Assembly (NCBI GenBank): GCA_977018835.1 | Contig: OZ361259.1 | Location: 1,860,001-1,924,000 of the forward strand | Length of the DNA stretch: 64,000 nt | Direction: 5' to 3' | Origin: Minutocellus sp. GHC0000111 | Lineage: Eukaryota | Shown: positions 34,243-43,707 of the stretch, piece by piece | Layout: each line of letters starts with the position of its first letter | Numbering within the stretch: position 1 is the first letter of the stretch | Notes under the pieces: generated by a model | Databases searched by the model: none | What the model was told of the DNA's origin: nothing | What the model saw: the letters and a program-made list of their open reading frames with translations, nothing else | Translations under genes and position numbers: made by a program

Positions 34243-34286
34243 GCTTATTCTTTCATATATGAATGCTTATTCTTTCATATATGAAT
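34243..34286. repeat. Perfect 22-bp tandem duplication containing the palindrome TTCATATATGAA
   Basis: GCTTATTCTTTCATATATGAAT x2. Confidence 0.9.
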
Positions 34287-34371
34287 GTAAATAAATCAAT
34301 GCAAAATAATACATGTAAATTAATTGAAATGCTGATTTTGTTTGCTGATTCTTCTTTTGCACAACTCTTCT

Positions 34372-35936
34372 TCAAGCTGCGGGCGGATCGGCGCTGTACG
34401 ATGTAGCAAGCTTGAACAAAGCCTTCCGCCGGGTTATGACGGAATCGGTAGTGGCCAAGATGAGCTGACTGACGGCCTGCCGGGGCAAGCAATCCAAAAG
34501 GTTCCGAGCGTTCTCCTCGTCCATCGGCACGGCGGCATGCTTCGGGGCTCTTTCCAGGCCCTCATCTCCAATCAGTCCATAGAGAAGAGATGCGGTGGCT
34601 GTGTTGGATATCCGGAAGACAACCATCTCTTCCCCGATGGACGTTTCCAATATTTCCCAAACTTTGCCATTGATAGTAGCCTCTAACTTCTCGTCATCGA
34701 CATGCAGCTCTGGAACATGGCCTGCATTCGGGCAGCAGCTCGTTGTTCTATCTGCATCGCCTCGATCAAAGGCAAATAACGCGACCGGGCAGTCCCCTCC
34801 GGTAAGAACAGCCAGCGCGCCCAAAAACGAGGCACAGAGCAACTTGCAGTCCATGTACTTTCGGGATATTTCAATATTGTCCGCGGCTCGGTGAAGCAAC
34901 GACGCAAACTCCTCCTCGGGAGGAAAGTCCGATGGAAGATATTTTCCGGCTGGACGAAGTGCAAGAATTTTCTCATTTTGCTCACGGCGAGGGCAAATTC
35001 CTGGACGGTAAACGGATAGTCGCTGGAGGGAGTGTCGCGCAGAAAGACGTTGTACTCTGCCATCAGATCCCACGTGTTGGCCAGGAAGGTTTGATGCGAG
35101 TTGGCAAAGGCCATGACGTCGCGATTGGCCAAATCGATGGCCATCCGAGCAGCATCGTCTAGTTCCTCTGCGTCAAGTCGTAGATCGAACGTATCGTTCG
35201 CGGTGGCCAGTCGGGAGCGCAAGAGGGTTCCTGGATCGGACCGGAAGGGTATGGTCGCCTCGATGCAGGCCACTATTTTGACCAGGTTTGGAGTAGACAC
35301 GCAACCCTGCAGAGTCCTAGCCGCCAGTACGGCCGATAGGAACTCGTTCATGCCGGCTTGGGGGTCGAGAGTTTTCCCGGGAGTATATCCAAACACTTGC
35401 AAGATCATGCGAAGGATTGGGTCGTCCTCAAGGGCAATGCCATCGCTAATCTTCACGACGGGAGAAACAGGAGACGACGACGAAGTAGAAGCGGCGACTA
35501 CCATCATTACATCGTCCAAAATTTCCTCCTGCTTCGCAGTCAACGACCCGCCGTCGACCTGGTAGTAGACGGTGTCGTGATAGTAAGCCGCCAGGCACTG
35601 GACGGGATGCGCCTTCTCGCCGCTAATGTCGAACACGTGCTGGACGGAGTGGAAGTACCGGGAGGAGGCCGACATGGAATCGTACACGATGGTGGCGTTG
35701 GTCTCGAGTCGGACGTCGTCGATCGTGCCGCCCAGTGATTCGACGTTGACCTTGATCTCGAAGGTCAGTCTCTGCAAGGGGCTGACGGGGGCATTTCGGA
35801 CGTCATAAGCATTGCCGTTTGCCTGCTTTAAATTGCCACCGCCACCTGACAATACGCATGCGTGTGCTTTCGGTTCTGGTTCGGGCTGGTGAATGTCTTC
35901 GCTACAAGTAGCGCTTTTCGCGCCGGTATCTTCCAT
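34372..35936 (-). CDS. HD-superfamily metal-dependent phosphohydrolase-like protein (bacterial/cyanobacterial type), frameshifted
   Basis: RYFHSVQHVFD...LAAYYHDTVYYQVDG, GMNEFLSAVLA, IEATIPF and DLANRDV. Frame switches at ~34934 from ENIFH to DFPPEEEF. No introns. Confidence 0.7.
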
Positions 35937-36470
35937 CTTTGGAATGCGCAATGTGAGCGTATCTTCGGTCCAGGTTAGTTCTGTGTGGCCTTTGCACTAA
36001 GCAAGCTAACTAGTTACGTAGCTAAGCAAAGCGTCGTAGCTAAAACGTAAAAGAGTGCCGCTTCATATTGGTGCCGCTCCCCGCTGGCATTTTAGCATTG
36101 ATTGCACATTGCCGGATTGAAGTGCTAGTAGCTAGCAGCGCGGCGGTCTTTTCCATCTCATTTTTCAGATGGCCCTTCTCACCTATCCCCCGAAAGTCCC
36201 GAGAATTCATGATGAGGTACCTTTCACCAAGGGGCATATTTATTGCAAGATTTATTGTCGCATAGATAGAGGCAAGATGATGGCGAGTGAGATCGGGATG
36301 AAAGACGAGCAGAGCAATAAAGCAGGCAACGAAAAGCAAAGCAGAAGCATAATTGTTGATTGCATCTCGATTCATTCAATACGCATAGGAAATCCCACCA
36401 TCCGCATCGCTCATTCTCAAAGTCCCTGTACAATTGTATCTTCAAACAAAAGGCACAGAAGGCGCCAGCC

Positions 36471-38393
36471 ATGTCACATTCGTCGTCGCAGCGTTCTCCC
36501 TCCAAGACGAGGACAGCTCTTGCCGTTCTCGCATGCTGTTTTGTCGCTGCATCGTCAACTGAGATCGATCAGAGGGCTCGAATTGAAAATGTCTTCAATC
36601 GAAAAGGATTGCGCCGTAAAAACAATGCAGCACATAATGTAGCACATGACGGGCTTTATCCCAACAACAATCGACGTCTAATCGAATACGACGGCAAGAT
36701 CAAGCTGGGACCGGTGCACGAAGAGGTTGACATTTATGAGAAGGCACAGCAACCCAAAGAGGAGGACAACGATGATAAATATGTAAATGCAAACAACAGT
36801 GATCAGCAGCCACAACAAACAGTCCAGCAACAAGCCAAACCACAAGAGAAGAAGACTGGTGGTCACGTCGAGTACGACGGCAAGCTCGTACTAGGACCAG
36901 CTCACGAAGAAGTTGACATCTACGAGACCAAATCAACCAACAACAACAATAACAACGTCGATGGCGACAGAGATGAAGATGATCTCCGCCAGGAGACCGA
37001 TAAGCTCAAGGCCGATCTAGCCAAGCTGGTCGAGTTGGACGACGAGCTCAAGCAGGAGATATCGGAATTCGATCCCGATGAGATGATGGTCACCGCCCAG
37101 GTCGAGGCCGAGGATGCAATGATGACGGATTCTCCCACGGCGGCGCCACCTGGTAGTAGCGCTCAGGATGACCTTGCAAAGCTCAAGGCCGAGCTTGCGA
37201 AGTTGGAGGACTTGGATACCGAGCTGAAGGATGCTATTCACGACGAGCAGATGCAGGAACTGCAGAAGGAGAGGGAAAAGCTGGACAACGACCTCGGCCA
37301 GCTGCAGCAGTTGGACGATGAGCTCAAGGAAGATATGAAGGAGGAGCGGGATCAAGAATTGGAGGATGAAGTGACAAAACTCAAGAACGATCTTGCCAAT
37401 CTGGAGGAGTTGGATGGTCAGCTCAAGGAGGAGATGGCTGAGAAGGACAAGCCCGGCAAGGAGGAACACATTGCCAACCTTCAGAACGCCGAGGCCGCCG
37501 TGAGCAACAATCCAAACCCAAATCTCATCGACAAGGACGAGCGCACCGCCATCGATTTGGCCACGGCCCTTGAGAATTCTATTGCGGCGTGTGATGCCGC
37601 CGCCGCCATCCAACCTCCCAACACCCAACGGGTTGACTCGACCCCGGCCTCTACGGAAGCTCAGCTGGAAATCAACTACGAAGAGGCGTGCTGCGTACCA
37701 CCACTGTATGATTCGTACTGTACCCCCACCCAGACGAGGGAGTGGTGCGATATGCGTCTAAAATGCCTCGAGGCCGATCGTCTCGGCACCGTGTTTCTAT
37801 CCAAGGTGGAAGAGGAAATCGCATCGGCTTCCAAGGATTGCGAGGTGGCCAGCGGCGAAGTGGGCAACAATATGAGAACACACAAGATCGAGGAGAAGTG
37901 CTGCATGCCTCCGTATGATGAGTTGCTCCCACCGTGCATTGATCGAGAAGAACGGCAAAGGAGGAGGGAGGAAAACAAATGCGACGGCGGGTTGGAGCGG
38001 TGCGTCGAGGTGGAGATGCTCAAGGATTTGAGGGATGATACGATCGGGTTACCTTTCGAGGAGTATGGCAATGCTGGTAGCTCCGGAGTCGCCGGTAGTA
38101 GCCATCACTCATCTGAAGATGACAAATCTACGCCCAATGTAGCCGACTCATACCACATGAATGTTGCCGATGGCGATGAGGGTTATGCCTACGCCAATCA
38201 TATCGGCGGTAGAGATAAGGGCGGAAAGAAATCTTTTGCCTACAAGAAGAAGGAAGAGTTCAGGAAAGAAGATTACTATGCCCTCGGCGGTGGAAGCGCG
38301 AGTAGACCGGCCGCTGAGGACAGTGGCACAATTTCGACCACCGCCCAGGGTTTCATCCCAGCGCTTGTGCTGATGATGGTTTTCTTACTTTAA
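36471..38393 (+). CDS. Secreted acidic coiled-coil + Cys-rich protein with GPI-like C-terminus; paralogue of 21940-23682
   Basis: Hydrophobic ALAVLACCFVAA. RRL motif, then a duplicated EYDGK.LGP.HEEVDIYE. Four KLK.DLA.L.ELD.ELK repeats. Two Cys clusters (ACCVPP, KCCMPPYD). Terminal FIPALVLMMVFLL. Confidence 0.8.
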   Translation: MSHSSSQRSPSKTRTALAVLACCFVAASSTEIDQRARIENVFNRKGLRRKNNAAHNVAHDGLYPNNNRRLIEYDGKIKLGPVHEEVDIYEKAQQPKEEDNDDKYVNANNSDQQPQQTVQQQAKPQEKKTGGHVEYDGKLVLGPAHEEVDIYETKSTNNNNNNVDGDRDEDDLRQETDKLKADLAKLVELDDELKQEISEFDPDEMMVTAQVEAEDAMMTDSPTAAPPGSSAQDDLAKLKAELAKLEDLDTELKDAIHDEQMQELQKEREKLDNDLGQLQQLDDELKEDMKEERDQELEDEVTKLKNDLANLEELDGQLKEEMAEKDKPGKEEHIANLQNAEAAVSNNPNPNLIDKDERTAIDLATALENSIAACDAAAAIQPPNTQRVDSTPASTEAQLEINYEEACCVPPLYDSYCTPTQTREWCDMRLKCLEADRLGTVFLSKVEEEIASASKDCEVASGEVGNNMRTHKIEEKCCMPPYDELLPPCIDREERQRRREENKCDGGLERCVEVEMLKDLRDDTIGLPFEEYGNAGSSGVAGSSHHSSEDDKSTPNVADSYHMNVADGDEGYAYANHIGGRDKGGKKSFAYKKKEEFRKEDYYALGGGSASRPAAEDSGTISTTAQGFIPALVLMMVFLL

Positions 38394-39620
38394 CTCGAAA
38401 TTAGCTAGAAATACTGTATTCGAATGTACCGAATAATAGCATAGCAACCCATTTTTTTGAACAAACAACGAATGGCAAAACTTACCTTCCTTCGTCAGAT
38501 TGCGGAAAATCTTTTCTTCGCTATCATATATGTGTGCTTTGGCAATGAGCGATAACATGGACGTCTGATCTTCTTCCCTTTGTTGTCCTTCCGCAATGAA
38601 TCAAATAATGTTGGAGAAAAAGAAACTTAGATATATCGATACGGATATGTCGAATGAATGACAAAAATCATCGCGATGCGCAAAAATAACTTACCAAATC
38701 GAATCATAAAACGTGCAGCTAGTAGGGGGGAACCACGAAGACTCGAGTCGAGGCGTACGCCAGTCCGATAGTCGAGCGGTGTTACTCCGTGTGGGGTCAG
38801 TTGTTAGAGGCCAACGTCCCAAATATCGTGAGCCTGGATTTGTGAGGGCACTGCCTACCCGGACTCCTTGTTTAAAGGCACAAGAATCGCGCAAAGCCTT
38901 TCGGGTATGCGAATGAATCGGTCGTCGTTTGCCGTTGAATTTGGCTTGTGTTGTGTTCTGTGAAAGATTTGGTTGGACAGACACGATTATCGCAAATTAA
39001 GCTGATACGGTACTCAGCACCCGATACCAAAGAAGACGATTGTTGCGTATATTGATAAATTGACAGAGAGTTTATCGTTCGATTCTGGTCGTTCTCTCCA
39101 GTATGAGCACGTATGGTCCTCTCCAGTACGCGCACGGATGTGTGGTCTGCAGGTCAGTGGCAAAAGATGAAGCAATGGAAATTGATATTCCTATCAATCA
39201 GCGCGTGCTAAAAGAGCGAGTCGATGCGTTGAATTGGCACAGCAACAGAAAAGGCACGATAACGAGCTGGCGCTTCATCAAGGCGAGGACAAAGGTGGTC
39301 AGCAGTGACGTGCTCCGTATTATGCCGTTGGACTTTGCTGGAAAATGATCGTTGGTAATGCCTCATTCCAGACTCTGGTATTTTGTACTTTTATTTGCTG
39401 AAGCGGAGTGAGCAGCAGCAGAAAGCAAATTTGAATCTCAGCTACGATGAAGACCTTCAGCGGCTCAAAGATGGTGCGTTGTCCAAATAAGCTCATTCAA
39501 TTTAATTTCTAATTTACGAATTTATGAAGATACTTTAAGACGTTGCTGGATGAGAGCACCGCAGCTCTTTCAGTATAAAAATCTATTTTCGTACCGGTAG
39601 CCATGCAAAATTGTTCACAA

Positions 39621-42470
39621 TTATTTGCCCGGTTCAACCTTCTCGAGAGACTTCAGCGACGCACTATGGTCGCTTGCGCATGAGCTCGAACCCATGCTGG
39701 AACGATTTCCTTCGTCAATCTTCTCAAGAGATGCCTCTCGAGCAGCAGACAAACTACCATTTGTTCTTTCTTCGTACTCTCGTCTGACCTCCTCGATCAT
39801 TCGATCAGTGATGGCGGCACCCTCGTGTTCCCATCGGCGACAGATGTTCTTGGCATTCTGCACAAAAGCTTCGCCGGCATCGGGAGCAAATGCTCCACAT
39901 TTGCGCAGCCTTCGTGCAAGAGGCAAGATGTATATTTCGTAAAAACCAAGCTGATTGCCAAACCAGTCCTTGGAGGGATCGTCTTCCTCACCATCGGCAC
40001 ATCTTCCGGACTCGTAGGCCTCGTGGAGTTCTTCGTACAGTCGTTTGTTCCATTTGACAAAGTTCTCGAAGCTTTGCATGGTATGGGCAACGTCGGCGGC
40101 ATTCATCATTAGCTCCAACACCGACGACGAGCGTAGGCGGACCTCGACGGCCTCGGGATCGTCGGTATCCCCAGAAGTGGAGTAGAACTCAATGGTAGAA
40201 CCCTTGAGGTGGAGAGCACGCTTGATTCCCAGCTTGCCCCCATCCTTGGCGCGGCGGTTGTACTGCCTGGTAGGATTGGTGCCAACCGAGTTGCGTCGAA
40301 GAGACACTAACCGAGGTCGCGACGCTGTGACTGTGGCAATAGCCTCGGAGGACGACGATGCGGGCGTGTGTGATACCGCCCTCATTCCATCATCGGATGG
40401 CCTGGCCACCTTGGTACCAAAGGCTTCGGCCCACTTGGATTTGGTAATTTGCATCCTTTCTGGACTCGCAATGTCGGTACACATGACGAGGTCAATGACA
40501 ATGCGACGAAACTCAAACTGATCCTCGCTGGTGGGACACAGGGTATGTCTGAGTTCGGCGAAACGGGGGTCCATCAATGTCGAAAAGGCCACCTTGAGGG
40601 AATTTTGCTCTGCAATGCTCTTGTCGTTGTACAGCAATGCCAAGGGATGATTCTCTCTACTCAGCTGCCGATTCGGGATGCCCTGATGATCCACGTCGTG
40701 CATGAGGGCGGCATAGACCAAACAAAACTTGATGGCAGGGTCAGTAGCGATCCCGAAGGTCGACGAACGGTGAGGAAGTGGCTTGAGCTCGCTGTCCGGA
40801 TCATCCGCCAGACCAAAGCTGGCATCGGCATCGAAGTCATCTCGGTGGCTTGACTCGTCGTCGTTGGCGACTGTTGTATTGCCATCGGCCTGGCTTTCTT
40901 GAGCTGCGGTACCATGGGAGCTGCACGATTCCCATACATCACGGGACGCTCCGTGGACGCTGTGCCTTCGACGCTGCCGTCCTTGACCTTCTGGACTCGC
41001 ACCCTGTCCAGAAGGCCGGCCATGTATGGAAGAGGCAGAAGATGCCGCCGAGGAGCAGTTGGTACCAAGGGATTGCCGCCTGGCATCCCGAGCATGGACA
41101 GTGCTGATCCTTGGTTCTTGACCATCGGAGTTGGTGGACGACGCCCCGGAGCCACTGCTCCCCGTCGAATTGCGCCGAGGTGCCTGTCCGGGCCGTAGGT
41201 TGACCCCCTGCGTCGTCCGGACGTGCTCCTGGGTCATCCGTCGGCGCATCCTCTGCTGGCTGGACGTATCCGACACGATGGACGGGGACAGGATGGAATC
41301 GACGTCGGCTTCCGATACCGCCACCGACATGATGGAGGACATGGACCCCCGTCGGACGGCGGCCGACCCTGCGGCGGAGCTACGACGACGATACGCACTG
41401 TACGAGGTGTTGGTACCGGTGGAACTCCTCCGCCTCCACGTTGGCCCACCGCCAAGTTCACTGGCATTGGACCCACGACGACTTCCCGACGAGAACTCCC
41501 CACCATTGCTGCCGGTGGCAGCACTGACGTTGGACCCCCTCCGGCTGCTCACGTTGGACCCCCGCCGGCTGCTGGCACGGCTGGCAATGCTGAGCCGCCT
41601 CAGCTCTCGCTGGAACTTGTGATCGAGCTCGATGCTGCTCGAACTGGCGCAGTCGTACAGCTGCTCCGTCTCGGGGATGTACGTGCAGCAGTCGTACTCT
41701 TCGGGCGTCAGCATCCGTTCCTCCAACAGGTCCAGCAACTTGTTGGCACTCAAGGTAACGTGGGCGGCGTGACGGAAGGAATGGTACCGACAGTGCCGGT
41801 ATCGCCGTCCGATCCGTCGGACGTATTCACGGAGCTCGGCGCGGCACATGGGACTGACGTAGATGACATCGACGGACGAGGTGGAGTGCCGTCGACGCAT
41901 CCTCCCGGCGCTGCGGTTGGATCCTGCCGAGCCAGCGGAAGTGTGCGAGTCGTTGGACAGCCGGCGTCGGACGGCACCCTCGTTGGAGAAGCGGCGGCTG
42001 GCTCGGTCGAGGGATTCGTTGGACAGCCGCCGGCGGGGATTCACCCCGTCGTTGGACATGCGGCGGGCCATGCTGCCGCTGCCGCCTCCGGTGGGGGTCG
42101 ACCGGCCGGAGTCGTGCTCGGCCTCCTTGCGCTGCTTGACGATTTCGGCCAACCGATATTCCAAGACGGAGGCAATCTGTTCCACAATGACCTCGAATTC
42201 CTCGTCCTCGACGGCATCGTTGTTCTCCGTGTTGAGTGTGGGTGACTCGGTGCCGTGATCAGCAGGACCTTCAGCATCAGGGCCACCCAGACCATCACTC
42301 GATTGGGCAGAGGAAAGACCAATGGTCTCCCATGCCTGATGCGTCAGCCGCTGGGCCAGCTGCGACGAAGGGAAGCGCGAGGTGAGCGGACCCGGATAGG
42401 TCATTTGCGAGTTGCGCGGGGACGGCGTCGCCGGCGTGGTGGACGTCGAGGGATACGAAAAGGCCGACAT
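39621..42470 (-). CDS. Class I 3',5'-cyclic nucleotide phosphodiesterase with a large low-complexity insertion
   Basis: YHSFRHAAHV, AALMHDVDHQGIPN, LYNDKSIAEQNS, LVMCTDI, MMNAADVAH and NQLGFYEIYILPLA. Confidence 0.92.
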   Translation of the reverse strand: MSAFSYPSTSTTPATPSPRNSQMTYPGPLTSRFPSSQLAQRLTHQAWETIGLSSAQSSDGLGGPDAEGPADHGTESPTLNTENNDAVEDEEFEVIVEQIASVLEYRLAEIVKQRKEAEHDSGRSTPTGGGSGSMARRMSNDGVNPRRRLSNESLDRASRRFSNEGAVRRRLSNDSHTSAGSAGSNRSAGRMRRRHSTSSVDVIYVSPMCRAELREYVRRIGRRYRHCRYHSFRHAAHVTLSANKLLDLLEERMLTPEEYDCCTYIPETEQLYDCASSSSIELDHKFQRELRRLSIASRASSRRGSNVSSRRGSNVSAATGSNGGEFSSGSRRGSNASELGGGPTWRRRSSTGTNTSYSAYRRRSSAAGSAAVRRGSMSSIMSVAVSEADVDSILSPSIVSDTSSQQRMRRRMTQEHVRTTQGVNLRPGQAPRRNSTGSSGSGASSTNSDGQEPRISTVHARDARRQSLGTNCSSAASSASSIHGRPSGQGASPEGQGRQRRRHSVHGASRDVWESCSSHGTAAQESQADGNTTVANDDESSHRDDFDADASFGLADDPDSELKPLPHRSSTFGIATDPAIKFCLVYAALMHDVDHQGIPNRQLSRENHPLALLYNDKSIAEQNSLKVAFSTLMDPRFAELRHTLCPTSEDQFEFRRIVIDLVMCTDIASPERMQITKSKWAEAFGTKVARPSDDGMRAVSHTPASSSSEAIATVTASRPRLVSLRRNSVGTNPTRQYNRRAKDGGKLGIKRALHLKGSTIEFYSTSGDTDDPEAVEVRLRSSSVLELMMNAADVAHTMQSFENFVKWNKRLYEELHEAYESGRCADGEEDDPSKDWFGNQLGFYEIYILPLARRLRKCGAFAPDAGEAFVQNAKNICRRWEHEGAAITDRMIEEVRREYEERTNGSLSAAREASLEKIDEGNRSSMGSSSCASDHSASLKSLEKVEPGK

Positions 42471-43707
42471 TTGTTATTTGTGGCCCTCTTTTGAGATCGG
42501 ACCCTCCAACAATGAAATGTTCCAGAGAGTATGAATTGGGGATTGTATCACTTGACTTGGGATTTTCACAGGGCACGGTAATGCGGCGGTCACTTATCGA
42601 CACGAAAGAAAATTAATTGCCAATAGCCCACTGCAAGTACGCACGCAATGTTCCCTGGGTATCTATCTTGAACCGACGAGACGCAATGTGTTCCGTCCAG
42701 AATTTTCTTTGTTCCTCCTGACAGTTCTGTTACCGCCAAACCGAAGAGGGAGGATTGCGAATGACTCCAACAACTCTGACCTTGTCTGACTTGCCAGCGT
42801 GGCAGAGGAGAAAGGTTGCTACCGGGGCAAGAAACTGAGGAAATATATTCGTCCCCGTGTCGTCGTAAATCTGACAAAGCCGCCCACTCAAATGAGGATA
42901 GCGAGTGTCCGTTCGATTTGTACCTGGGACGTTTGGGACGGCGGATCGTCACGTGCGCAAGGGAACAAAACAAACTAAACTCCTCAGGGAATATATGTGT
43001 GTGTATGGTTCGAGGCGAAGGGTCTTTTCCGTACCTCGTCTGCCCGTGCAAGTAAATACGATTTCGTTCGACCGACCAGCAAGTCGTCTCCCAGCCAACC
43101 AGCAATGGATAAGTCGAATATACTCTGCTCTCTATTGGGGTCGTTTGTGCAAAGACGATGATGCGTGTTCCTCGGGTCACCTGCGTCTGTGCCTAGAGGC
43201 CGAAGGAATGTCCGAGCTGTAAAATGATGCGCCGCGGCCGCCCCCAAAAGTCGGCACAAGACGTGCTGGAAAGTGGATGGATGCTATGCAACGCCCAGCC
43301 CAATTGAAAAGATACGCAGGCAATCCAAGTCACGGAGAATTCGACCAATGGACTGGCACCTAACTGCCTCCCTGACCGATGGGAAGTAAACACCGTCCCG
43401 TCTCGGTCTTCCATGGCGTCTGAAAAGTCGCATCCTCCCGTCTTTTGCCGTTCGAGGGAGGCTCAAAAGCAAATATTGGGTGGGAACGGCCTGAACAAAG
43501 GATTTTCTGAAAACTGCGTCAGCAGATTCCTTAAAAAAACTATCCTACAGCCACTAGGATTTTCTGTGAATATATCTAGCCACTAGCCAGCTCGGAGCAA
43601 TAAATATCCGATCCGCCGGCCGAGAGAGCAGCCGAAGCGAAGAATAGGGGCAGGGCATTCTTCCGTCGCTGCACACGCTGGGCATATCCTGCACCCCTGC
43701 CTGCAAA

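Noticed and set aside
38450..39550. Possible degenerate gene (minus-strand GTAAG donors near 38485 and 38694)
   Set aside because: No coherent spliced ORF or known motif could be assembled.
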